Part shown: positions 7,501-15,610 of the stretch, one piece after another
Layout of the letters: each line of letters opens with the position of its first letter
Numbering within the stretch: the first letter of the stretch is position 1
Source of the DNA: a virus
Lineage: Duplodnaviria > Heunggongvirae > Uroviricota > Caudoviricetes
Direction: 5' to 3' (one strand)
DNA: 64,000 nucleotides
Virus record (IMG/VR): IMGVR_UViG_3300044618_002782
Location: 1-64,000 of that record
The notes under the pieces: generated by a model
The model's database searches: none
The model's input: only the letters and a program-made list of their open reading frames with translations
What the model was told of the DNA's origin: nothing
Translations under genes and position numbers: made by a program

Positions 7501-8595
7501 CTATATTTTATACAACTTACTCCACGACGTAGGAAGAACGTTTAAATCTTCCTCTTTCTTCTGAAATTCAGGAAAGTCTTTCATGGCTATTTTTATACGG
7601 TCGCTTTGTTCAACTACATATCTACGCCATGCTTGATACGCCTTCCATTCTGGCTGGTCTGGGCTTATTTGATAAAACCAATTAGTGGTTTCAATTTTAA
7701 CGGTTCGAGCAGGTTTTTTTGTTTGCCAGGGCAATTTGTAATCTGGATAAACAATATTAGAAACAACACGATTATACCAATCGGCATCTCGAGATTTACG
7801 ATTTGAAATCTTGGGTATATGTTGTGGATTTTTTAAAAACCATTTTTTAACCAAGTGTACTTGTTTTTTTAATATGTCAATTGTTGCCGGAGTGTTGTCC
7901 CAAAAAAACAAAATATTGTTTTGATTGTTTTCATTGAAGCACTGAAAGTTCACTGCATGGTCTGGAAAAAACAGATAAAAATTGCCATTTTCGTAATGTA
8001 GATTTGGTTTTTCAATGCCATATATGTTGGCAGTCGATTGGTCTGTTAAATTAAACGAATTTTCGATCAAATTCAATCTGGAAATAATTGATGGTTGCGG
8101 AATATTCAATAAAGTTGTATCAAGCTTTGTGTTTGCCCATAATTTTATCATGTCATCGCCTGTTTCCCAAGTTTCCCATTTGAGAGTAGGATCTAGTTCT
8201 AGCAAGGCCTTGTAGGATGGATAAGCTGATAGTTTGCCTTCGGCGTTTAAATTTTCTGCTCCTATTGTTTTAAAATCTTTTACAAATTCATACGATCGGT
8301 AAATTAACCGATCAATTTTCAATCCAGCAGTCAGGAAAGAATATGCAACCTGCCAGCTGTCTGATCCGCCGCTGTAGTGCAGATACACACGACTGTGTTG
8401 TTCTCTAATTTCTTTCGCACGACGTTGATATAATACCGACAGAGATTCCTCTGGTTCAACAGACCAGTCAACCAACGAAAAATATTTTTCATAGAAATTC
8501 CAATGAGGCCACCAGCCATTTGGGGTAGCCTCTTCTATTGCTTGCAATTTGCTGGCATACTGTTTACCAGCTACTTCATAATATCCGTATTTCAT
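7501..8595 (-). CDS. PP-loop ATP-pyrophosphatase superfamily protein (SGGxDS; PAPS-reductase/QueC-like fold)
   Basis: VYLHYSGGSDSWQV carries the SGGxDS P-loop signature of adenine-nucleotide alpha-hydrolases. Exact subfamily not determinable by eye. Confidence 0.5.
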   Translation of the reverse strand: MKYGYYEVAGKQYASKLQAIEEATPNGWWPHWNFYEKYFSLVDWSVEPEESLSVLYQRRAKEIREQHSRVYLHYSGGSDSWQVAYSFLTAGLKIDRLIYRSYEFVKDFKTIGAENLNAEGKLSAYPSYKALLELDPTLKWETWETGDDMIKLWANTKLDTTLLNIPQPSIISRLNLIENSFNLTDQSTANIYGIEKPNLHYENGNFYLFFPDHAVNFQCFNENNQNNILFFWDNTPATIDILKKQVHLVKKWFLKNPQHIPKISNRKSRDADWYNRVVSNIVYPDYKLPWQTKKPARTVKIETTNWFYQISPDQPEWKAYQAWRRYVVEQSDRIKIAMKDFPEFQKKEEDLNVLPTSWSKLYKI

Positions 8596-9470
8596 CTGCT
8601 TGTCTTCGTAATTTGCAACACGTCAGTGATCAATGATTTAATCATTTTTTTGCCATCCTGTTGTTCTTTGTCGGTTGTGACATAACGAATTTCGAAACCG
8701 GTTGTACTAACATCAACCGATGTGTTGCTTATTGCTTGTCTCACACGTGATAACATATCGTGCGATAATCCAACTGCTCCCAATGCAAATGTCGAGGTAT
8801 ATTCATTTATTACCTTGTCCCCAGTGGGGTGCAGACTGGAGAAATTTGCCAGGGCAGACGCAGTTGCTGTTGAAGCAAAGCACTTTATTTTTCCACTTGA
8901 TATGTGTTTTTTGGCAGCAATGGCCTGTAACACAGCCACTTGTATATCTTTGGCCAGTAAGGCCATTGCTGCCTCGGTGCTGTTACCAAAAGAAATAGAT
9001 TTGTGAGTTGTGTGATTTTTGCGGTTGTAATCGCTGATCCAACTACTGAATGGCGCAGCACCGGTGCTGCCAATAGTCAATTGCTTTTTTTGTCTAAAAG
9101 AATTACTATCCTGAATTGCAGAATCTGCAAGTGAGCACATTAGATACGGATCAGAAACAGTGGCCACCCATTCAATTGAGTCTAAGTCAATCACGCAAGC
9201 TTTTTCATTTTTTTGCAGACTGAGCCAGTAACGGCCGCCTGAAAAGTACACCAACTTAGCTGCAGGATCAGCTTGGTAAGCTGTCATGCCTCCGCAACCC
9301 ATTCCTCGCTTGGCAGTGACTGAGATGCCCTTGGATTCCAAGCTATCAATCCATGCATCCTGAATTAGCACAGTGGGCTCAGTACGCGACGACAGCTGAT
9401 AGTAGGTTAAATCTGCAGCACCAACCACTGATGATGCTGTGATAAAAAACGCAATAATTAATTTTTTCAT
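8592..9470 (-). CDS. secreted protein with N-terminal signal peptide; possible periplasmic solute-binding component
   Basis: MKKLIIAFFITASSVVGAADL is a signal peptide. A ~270-aa mature region lies immediately downstream of the TctA-like permease gene, coupled by an overlap with the next gene. Confidence 0.4.
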   Translation of the reverse strand: MKKLIIAFFITASSVVGAADLTYYQLSSRTEPTVLIQDAWIDSLESKGISVTAKRGMGCGGMTAYQADPAAKLVYFSGGRYWLSLQKNEKACVIDLDSIEWVATVSDPYLMCSLADSAIQDSNSFRQKKQLTIGSTGAAPFSSWISDYNRKNHTTHKSISFGNSTEAAMALLAKDIQVAVLQAIAAKKHISSGKIKCFASTATASALANFSSLHPTGDKVINEYTSTFALGAVGLSHDMLSRVRQAISNTSVDVSTTGFEIRYVTTDKEQQDGKKMIKSLITDVLQITKTSR

Positions 9471-9485
9471 TATAAAAATTTCCCT

Positions 9486-10814
9486 TTAATTTAGTAATTG
9501 AACTGCAACAGATACTGCCGACAAGCATGGCTTAGCTATCATAAAAGTTAATACTGCTGGCAGTGTGTCAATATTTTTCTTGTAACAAATCCATCCAATG
9601 GGTAACAACACTAACAAAGAAATAAAATCAGTAAACACACGATATTGATCAATTGCTTGATAGATTATAGCACCTACGATAATTATAACAACAGTTGAGT
9701 ATAAATGTAAAAAAGAAATTTTAGATATTATTTTAATAATAGTTGATGCACAATTCCAAGCAACAAAAGTCATGATACCGGAACCTACTACAAGGCTACA
9801 TAACAAGATATTTAAGTTAGTGAAATTTCCAAATGCCAATGACTCAAACCATGAATATCCAAACGACGGAGTACTGGTACTGATTACATTGTAAATTACC
9901 ATTTCGGACGCAGTAATCGGAATCCCAAATGCTATCAAAGGAATCATACTGCTGATTACAGAAGAATTATTGGCTGCTTCTGCAGATGCCAACTGCTTGG
10001 ATTGTTGACGATTAATTCTTTTCTCAACAAATGCCGAGACATTGCTACAAATAGATGTACCTACAGCAGGTATTAGTCCTAACAAAACTCCTAGAAACGA
10101 ACCTCTTACAATAGATTGGTATCGATTGGCTGCAAGTTTTACAGTCTGACTCATACGATGTTTGCTAGCCAAATTAGCTGTGTTAAATTTAATTCGACCA
10201 AACATTAACAACTGAGGCACAATAAAAATACAAAATAAAAAAACTGTTACAGATACACCTGGATCTAGGATCACTGAATTAAATGTCAGTATGGATCCAA
10301 AATTTGGATGATATCCAATCAATCCAACGGTAAATCCAGTTACTATTAATATCAGATTGATAAGATAATTTTTGTTGTAAACAATCATCAAAATAATAAT
10401 AGACAAAAATATAAAGACTTGAACGAAAATACTGTAAAACTTAGCATTGTTGTAAAACAAATTTGCAATTGTTGGGACAAGAAAAACAGCAATCAATGAT
10501 GCCATTGTGCCACCAATGGCACAAATTCCCAAGGCTTCAAACCCTTTTCCTTTTTTAAATAATTTATGTCCAGATGTTGCTGACACGGTTGACGATATTT
10601 CACCTGGTACCCCAGCTACCACTCCAATGACAGCACCGGTGTATTGCGATGCCACTAACATGCCGCTATAGAAAAGCATAATTGATAGCACATCAGTAGA
10701 TATCAGTACAGGATAAAAAAGTATTACTAAAGCCAGAGGCCCGAAGCCAGGTAGAATCCCGGTTGCGATTCCTGACAGTATTCCTATCGTCCAAAAAACA
10801 AATGACTCTATCAT
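9486..10814 (-). CDS. TctA-family (DUF112) integral membrane transporter subunit-like protein
   Basis: 442-aa polytopic membrane protein. N-terminal GILSGIATGILPGFGPLALVILFYP matches the TctA G-x3-G-x2-PG-x-G signature. At least 10 predicted TM segments. Confidence 0.55.
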   Translation of the reverse strand: MIESFVFWTIGILSGIATGILPGFGPLALVILFYPVLISTDVLSIMLFYSGMLVASQYTGAVIGVVAGVPGEISSTVSATSGHKLFKKGKGFEALGICAIGGTMASLIAVFLVPTIANLFYNNAKFYSIFVQVFIFLSIIILMIVYNKNYLINLILIVTGFTVGLIGYHPNFGSILTFNSVILDPGVSVTVFLFCIFIVPQLLMFGRIKFNTANLASKHRMSQTVKLAANRYQSIVRGSFLGVLLGLIPAVGTSICSNVSAFVEKRINRQQSKQLASAEAANNSSVISSMIPLIAFGIPITASEMVIYNVISTSTPSFGYSWFESLAFGNFTNLNILLCSLVVGSGIMTFVAWNCASTIIKIISKISFLHLYSTVVIIIVGAIIYQAIDQYRVFTDFISLLVLLPIGWICYKKNIDTLPAVLTFMIAKPCLSAVSVAVQLLN

Positions 10815-10998
10815 TAAATGATTTTATATTAGATGTAATTGATAATACAATTTATTTTGTTGGCGTTCTGTAGCAACACTACAGTAAAGGTATAATGTAC
10901 CAGGCGTTTTGATATATTCTACGTCAATTGTAATAATCGGCGTTAACAAATATATTTATACCTTGCATAGACAACTGTTGTTTTTTTGCAACATCAAA

Positions 10999-11020
10999 AA
11001 GCCCTGCAATTGGGGCTTTC
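10999..11020 (+). terminator. hairpin AAAGCCC-TGCAATT-GGGGCTTTC
   Basis: GC stem followed by a T-rich stretch, just upstream of a conserved promoter copy. May insulate from the divergent TctA region. Confidence 0.4.
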
Positions 11021-11026
11021 TTCTGG

Positions 11027-11055
11027 TAGACCAGAAACCCTAAATCGGCTATAAT
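11027..11055 (+). promoter_or_regulatory. conserved early promoter copy 2: TAGACC-N17-TATAAT
   Basis: CTGGTAGACCAGAAACCCTAAATCGGCTATAAT followed by CAAAACAGGAGCAG RBS. Near-duplicate of 6050-6078. Confidence 0.55.
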
Positions 11056-11085
11056 AGTTATACAGTAGCAAAACAGGAGCAGGTG

Positions 11086-11214
11086 ATGCGTACAGTTAAA
11101 GTGATGTTAGTACAGCGTAGACGTGTAGCACAGTTTACACTTCCGCAGACTCCAGAAGCACAAGTAATCCGCGCCCAGCTTCGCGCCAAATTAACCCAAG
11201 CACTTAGCAAGTAG
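11086..11214 (+). CDS. candidate small basic protein (42 aa)
   Basis: MRTVKVMLVQRRRVAQFTLPQTPEAQVIRAQLRAKLTQALSK. Preceded by the same promoter + RBS as gene 6109. Below the track cutoff. Confidence 0.35.
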   Translation: MRTVKVMLVQRRRVAQFTLPQTPEAQVIRAQLRAKLTQALSK

Positions 11215-11223
11215 GAGCAGGAA

Positions 11224-11526
11224 ATGAGAAAAGCAAAAGCAGTCCCTGTAGTCCCGGCAGTAGACAACTCAGCCGTATACGATATCTCTAATAAAGATGC
11301 AACTAAAGATATGGACCGCATCAAAAAAGAATTCAAGTACTATAAACTAGGCATCACTCCAGATATGGCCAAAGCAGTTAACGTTCATGTGAAGAAGCAT
11401 GGTACTGGTCAAATTTGGAATCACTTTGGTGATGCAGACGGAAATGATCCTGATTGGTGGGATTGGAGAAATGGTCGAGTTCACAAATTGAAGTTGAAAC
11501 CAGCTTACTGGGTTCCAGTACGTTAA
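11224..11526 (+). CDS. hypothetical protein (100 aa)
   Basis: RBS GGAGCAGG immediately upstream; Trp-rich C-terminal end. Confidence 0.45.
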   Translation: MRKAKAVPVVPAVDNSAVYDISNKDATKDMDRIKKEFKYYKLGITPDMAKAVNVHVKKHGTGQIWNHFGDADGNDPDWWDWRNGRVHKLKLKPAYWVPVR

Positions 11527-11539
11527 TTGAAAAGGAAAA

Positions 11540-11710
11540 ATGATGACATTAGAACAACTGAAACAAGAACGCGATCGCATCTTAGCTGCCAATGCTTGGT
11601 GGAAAGATCGACCCATGCAAGACGGTAGCTACGAAGCTTCTATTACATTTGATGGCTTTTACCGCATCCAAGACCAAATCCGCGAATTGGAAACAGTTGA
11701 CCAGAAATAG
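11540..11710 (+). CDS. candidate small protein (56 aa)
   Basis: MMTLEQLKQERDRILAANAWWKDRPMQDGSYEASITFDGFYRIQDQIRELETVDQK. RBS AAAGGAAAAA upstream. Its 3' end overlaps the next promoter. Confidence 0.3.
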   Translation: MMTLEQLKQERDRILAANAWWKDRPMQDGSYEASITFDGFYRIQDQIRELETVDQK

Positions 11711-11725
11711 CATTTCGTCTATAAT
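11697..11725 (+). promoter_or_regulatory. conserved early promoter copy 3: TTGACC-N17-TATAAT
   Basis: TTGACCAGAAATAGCATTTCGTCTATAAT, then RBS ACGGAGA before the ATG at 11757. Confidence 0.55.
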
Positions 11726-11756
11726 AGTACATACACTAGCGAAACGGAGAAATTAA

Positions 11757-11978
11757 ATGTACCAAGCCCAAGTTACCCAAGTAAAATTGAACGAAAATCT
11801 GGACAAGTACGAAGTCTCCATTGAGGTGTTTGATGAACGTGGTGGCATTGCTGTGTTTACCAGTGCTGCAATTTTCCCCGATGCCGACTATGCCCTGGAA
11901 GCTGGATACTCAGCTGTCAACACCTACAAGGCCACCGGTCGCTTTCCCAACATGACAGACCTACCAGTAGAGGCCTAA
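11757..11978 (+). CDS. hypothetical protein (73 aa)
   Basis: Intact ORF with promoter and RBS. Confidence 0.45.
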   Translation: MYQAQVTQVKLNENLDKYEVSIEVFDERGGIAVFTSAAIFPDADYALEAGYSAVNTYKATGRFPNMTDLPVEA

Positions 11979-11979
11979 T

Positions 11980-12174
11980 ATGACACCACACGCACTTGCT
12001 GAATCCATCCGTAATCGCCTGTTTGCCGACCGTGACAACTTTGATGACGCTTTGGACTATGCTTATAGTATTGCCCGGGGCACAGACAATCCAGCGGCTG
12101 TAATGACAGCGGTCATGGTGGTTGTTAATACGCTAGCCAATTACATTGAACAGACCGAGACAGACCAGGTCTAG
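11980..12174 (+). CDS. hypothetical protein (64 aa)
   Basis: Starts 1 nt after the previous stop (coupled). Confidence 0.4.
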   Translation: MTPHALAESIRNRLFADRDNFDDALDYAYSIARGTDNPAAVMTAVMVVVNTLANYIEQTETDQV

Positions 12175-12203
12175 TTGACCAGTAATTCACGACACGCTAT
12201 AAT
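12175..12203 (+). promoter_or_regulatory. conserved early promoter copy 4: TTGACC-N17-TATAAT
   Basis: TTGACCAGTAATTCACGACACGCTATAAT. Shares the GTAATTCA..G.CA.GCTATAAT core with copy 5. Confidence 0.55.
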
Positions 12204-12258
12204 AGTATTTCATTAGCAGTACAGAATTTAATTTTATCCCTCTTCCTAAGGAAACATT

Positions 12259-13347
12259 ATGTCAGCAGACAATCGTACCGTTACTGCGCAACAAGCTCGT
12301 CGCGCTATCGTCAAGTGTTTTAAATCTCAGCGTCCTTTGTTCTTGTGGGGTCCTCCAGGCATCGGCAAGAGCGAAGTTGTTGCTGATATTGCTCGAGAGC
12401 TAGGCGGATTCATGATTGACTTGCGCCTGGGTCAGATGGATCCCACAGACATTCGTGGTATTCCGTTTTACAACAAGGAACTGGGCAAGATGGATTGGGC
12501 ACCTCCGATCGACCTGCCAGATGCAGAACTTGCCAGTCAGTATCCCATCATAGTCCTGTTTATGGACGAAATGAACTCAGCTCCTCCGGGTGTGCAGGCT
12601 GCTGCTTATCAGCTGGTACTGAATCGCAGAATGGGCAAGTATGTGTTGCCTGACAATGTGGTCATGATTGCTGCTGGCAACCGCGAAAGCGACAAGGGTG
12701 TTACTTATCGTATGCCTACTCCGTTGGCAAACCGTTTTGTTCACGTTGAAATGAAGGTGGACTTCCCTAGCTGGCAAGAATGGGCAGTGTTAAACAATAT
12801 CCACAAGGATGTTGTTGGTTACTTGACCTTCGCCAAGCAGGACTTGTACGATTTTGATGCCAAGTCCAGCTCACGTGCTTTTGCTACACCGCGTTCGTGG
12901 AGCTTTGTCAGCCAGTTGATGGAAGACAACGACATTGATGACTCTACTGCAACTGACCTTATTGCCGGTACCATTGGCGAAGGTCTTGCTGTCAAGTACA
13001 TGGCACATCGCAAGATTGCCGGACGCTTGCCCAAGCCCGAAGATATCTTGTCGGGCAAGGCCAAGGAGTTGGATGTCAAAGAAGTCAGTGCCATGTACAG
13101 CCTGGTCATCAGCTTGTGCTACGAGCTCAAGTCTGCTATTGAGCGCAAGGTCACAGACAAAGAGTTCCACGAAATGGCCGACAACTTCTTTGCTTACATG
13201 ATGAAGAACTTCGAAACCGAGTTGGTTGTTATGGGTGCTAGAATTGCACTGACCACATACCAGCTGCCGTTCCAGCCAACCAAGCTGAAGAATTTTGATG
13301 AATTCCATCAGCGTTACGGAAAATACATTTTGGGTGCTAACTCGTAA
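12259..13347 (+). CDS. MoxR/CobS-like AAA+ ATPase
   Basis: Walker A LWGPPGIGKSEVV. Walker B IVLFMDEMN. Sensor region AAGNRESDKG. Size ~360 aa, as for CobS/MoxR-type phage ATPases. Confidence 0.75.
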   Translation: MSADNRTVTAQQARRAIVKCFKSQRPLFLWGPPGIGKSEVVADIARELGGFMIDLRLGQMDPTDIRGIPFYNKELGKMDWAPPIDLPDAELASQYPIIVLFMDEMNSAPPGVQAAAYQLVLNRRMGKYVLPDNVVMIAAGNRESDKGVTYRMPTPLANRFVHVEMKVDFPSWQEWAVLNNIHKDVVGYLTFAKQDLYDFDAKSSSRAFATPRSWSFVSQLMEDNDIDDSTATDLIAGTIGEGLAVKYMAHRKIAGRLPKPEDILSGKAKELDVKEVSAMYSLVISLCYELKSAIERKVTDKEFHEMADNFFAYMMKNFETELVVMGARIALTTYQLPFQPTKLKNFDEFHQRYGKYILGANS

Positions 13348-13351
13348 GAGT

Positions 13352-13621
13352 ATGGGGGCTGACATTAAAGCAGTACTCAGGGAAGAGGGGTGTCAGCCCC
13401 CTCCCCAACCTCACCGTGTAAGGGTTACTTTTGACCCGTACAATCATGACCAAGTGCAAGATTTCCTTGTAAAAATTAGGCGAGAATTTCCCAAGTGGCG
13501 GGACAAGAAGCGGTGGAGATATTTGGTTCCAGACGAAAACGAACCAAACGTCTGGATATTAGATTTTCACTTTAGAGATATCGAAGACGCTATCATTTTT
13601 GGTCTTAAATACTCAAGATGA
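13352..13621 (+). CDS. hypothetical protein (89 aa)
   Basis: Track ORF 13295..13621 overlaps the ATPase gene. The internal Met at 13352 with RBS TAAGAG is preferred. Confidence 0.35.
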   Translation: MGADIKAVLREEGCQPPPQPHRVRVTFDPYNHDQVQDFLVKIRREFPKWRDKKRWRYLVPDENEPNVWILDFHFRDIEDAIIFGLKYSR

Positions 13622-14010
13622 AATACACTATACAACGTCTCGACGGTAGATTCTCTTATTGCAATTGGTTCCAATACTATATTGGTTTCAGCCATCAGAT
13701 GAGCAACGATCAAGGTCCCTTGAACTTTGACCATTGCCTGCAATGGTTTATACAAACATACGGTTGGTCAGCTGAAATACGCCAATACTCTGATATGCAC
13801 CGTTGGGTTGGTATGAATCAAAACATAACCCAACGAATGATCAAGAAGTTTGGTAATAATCACCCCTTGGGTATACCAGCTGCACCAGATCTTCCTGTCA
13901 GTTGTAATCCTTATTGGTCGTGGACCAATGGTTACAGTGACTTACGTATCTACGTCAAGTCTGACCCGGAACTTGTGTTCTTTCAACTGGCAAATCCGAT
14001 TGACCGGTAA
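13618..14010 (+). CDS. hypothetical protein (130 aa, Trp/Tyr-rich)
   Basis: ATGA overlap with the previous gene; intact ORF. Confidence 0.45.
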   Translation: MKYTIQRLDGRFSYCNWFQYYIGFSHQMSNDQGPLNFDHCLQWFIQTYGWSAEIRQYSDMHRWVGMNQNITQRMIKKFGNNHPLGIPAAPDLPVSCNPYWSWTNGYSDLRIYVKSDPELVFFQLANPIDR

Positions 14011-14028
14011 TTCAGGTCATGCTATAAT
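14000..14028 (+). promoter_or_regulatory. conserved early promoter copy 5: TTGACC-N17-TATAAT
   Basis: TTGACCGGTAATTCAGGTCATGCTATAAT, then RBS ACGGAG before the ATG at 14059. Confidence 0.55.
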
Positions 14029-14058
14029 GTATTATACTGAAAACACGGAGTTATATAA

Positions 14059-15330
14059 ATGACTACAGCAACAGACACTGCCAACAAAAATGACGCCAAG
14101 CGTTTTGCTGATTTGATTGGCCCAACAGACCCAAAAGTAGATCGCGAAGTTCGTGAAATTCTTATTACAGCACGAGTTGGCATGTTGCTTCGTGCCAGTT
14201 TCTTTGGTAACTTGGCCACTAGACTAAAGTTGGTCAATGCCGACGAATGGTGTGCTACTGCTGCTACCGACGGTAGAAACTTTTATTACAACACTCGCTT
14301 TATCAAAATGCTGCGTCCCAAGGAAGTTGAATTCTTGTTTGGACACGAAATCCTGCATGTGATCTATGACCATTTTGGTCGCTGCGGTGATCGTCATCCC
14401 AAGCTGTGGAACGTGGCCGGCGACTACTGCAATAATGCTGACTTGAAAAAGCACCGCATTGGTGAATTCATTACGTCGGTTCCTTGCCTGTATGATGTCA
14501 AGTACGATGGTATGAGTGCCGAAGAAGTCTACGACGACTTGTACGCAAACGCCGAAAAAATTGACATTGAAGATCTTGTCAACAAGATGTTGGACGATCA
14601 CATGGAAGACGACGGTGACACCGAAAGCGGTACTGGCCGTGACGGCAACAGCAAAGGACGTCCTCGTCTTACTGATGAAGAACGTGCTGCCATCCGCGAT
14701 GAGATCAAGGAAGCCATGTTGAGCGCCGCTCAGACATGTGATGCTGGTAACTTGCCAGCTGGTGTCAAGCGTTTGATTCAGAATTTGACTGAGCACAAGT
14801 TGAACTGGCGCGAACTGATCATGCAGCAAATCCAAAGCACAGTCAAGAGCGACTATACGTGGATGAAGTCGGGTCGCAAGGGCTGGGACATGGATGCTGT
14901 CATGCCTGGTATGAAAACACAAGAAGCCATTGACATTGCTGTGTTTATCGACCTGTCGGGATCGATCTCAACCGAACAAGGCCGCGACTTCCTAAGTGAA
15001 ATCAAAGGTATCATGGAAACGTTTGAAGACTATCGTATCCATGTTGCCTGTTTTGATACCGAAGTGTACAACCTGCACTTGTTTACCAGCGATAACTTGG
15101 ACGATATCAGCGAGTATGACTTGCAAGGCGGTGGTGGCACTGACTTTGATGCCATATTCAACTTCCTCAAAGCCCAAGCTATTGAACCCAAGAAGTTGAT
15201 TGTGTTCACAGACGGCTACCCGTGCGGCTCATGGGGTGATCCCAACTACTGCGATACTACTTGGGTTATCCACGGCGACAAGAATCCCGACCCACCATTT
15301 GGTGTTTGGGCCTTGTACGAAGAAAACTAA
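14059..15330 (+). CDS. VWA-domain protein with N-terminal putative HExxH metallopeptidase-like motif (partner of the MoxR-like ATPase)
   Basis: C-terminal VWA MIDAS motif DIAVFIDLSGSIS. N-terminal FGHEILHVIYDH (HExxH). A central acidic linker is present. Confidence 0.7.
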   Translation: MTTATDTANKNDAKRFADLIGPTDPKVDREVREILITARVGMLLRASFFGNLATRLKLVNADEWCATAATDGRNFYYNTRFIKMLRPKEVEFLFGHEILHVIYDHFGRCGDRHPKLWNVAGDYCNNADLKKHRIGEFITSVPCLYDVKYDGMSAEEVYDDLYANAEKIDIEDLVNKMLDDHMEDDGDTESGTGRDGNSKGRPRLTDEERAAIRDEIKEAMLSAAQTCDAGNLPAGVKRLIQNLTEHKLNWRELIMQQIQSTVKSDYTWMKSGRKGWDMDAVMPGMKTQEAIDIAVFIDLSGSISTEQGRDFLSEIKGIMETFEDYRIHVACFDTEVYNLHLFTSDNLDDISEYDLQGGGGTDFDAIFNFLKAQAIEPKKLIVFTDGYPCGSWGDPNYCDTTWVIHGDKNPDPPFGVWALYEEN

Positions 15331-15350
15331 TTTAACCTAAATCAATATAA

Positions 15351-15380
15351 ATTGCCCTGAAAACAGGGCAATTTTTATTT
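15351..15380 (+). terminator. rho-independent terminator ATTGCCCTG-AAAA-CAGGGCAAT + TTTTTATTTT
   Basis: 9-bp perfect inverted repeat with a T-run, 20 nt after the stop at 15330. Confidence 0.55.
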
Positions 15381-15394
15381 TCCACGGTAATTAT

Positions 15395-15610
15395 TTGTTA
15401 AATATTACTATGAACACACCCGAAACCCAAATCACACTACAGGATCTTGCTGTTATTAAAAATCTCATTGATGTTGCTTGCCAGCGCGGTGCATTCCGTG
15501 CAGAGGAAATGCGTACAGTGGGCGAGCTTTACGAAAAGCTCACAGGATTTTTAGAAACAGTTGTTGCACAAGCAGAAGCAGCTCAATCTCAACCAGGAGA
15601 AGCAGAATGA
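15395..15610 (+). CDS. hypothetical protein (71 aa)
   Basis: Intact ORF; ATGA overlap with the next gene. Confidence 0.4.
   Translation: MLNITMNTPETQITLQDLAVIKNLIDVACQRGAFRAEEMRTVGELYEKLTGFLETVVAQAEAAQSQPGEAE

Noticed and set aside
10820-11000. AT-rich 180-bp intergenic region checked for tRNA or small-RNA genes
   Set aside because: No cloverleaf-compatible pairing and no GTTC-type T-loop. Only the terminator hairpin at 10999-11020 is convincing.
13295-13351. Track start at 13295 for ORF 13295..13621
   Set aside because: It would overlap the ATPase gene by 53 nt. The internal Met at 13352 has an RBS (TAAGAG) 2 nt after the ATPase stop.
12259-15330. Annotating the ATPase/VWA pair as cobaltochelatase CobS/CobT for cobalamin synthesis
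   Set aside because: Motifs only support a generic MoxR-like AAA+ plus VWA pair. The VWA protein has an HExxH motif not expected in CobT. No other cobalamin genes are present. The chelatase name would over-interpret.
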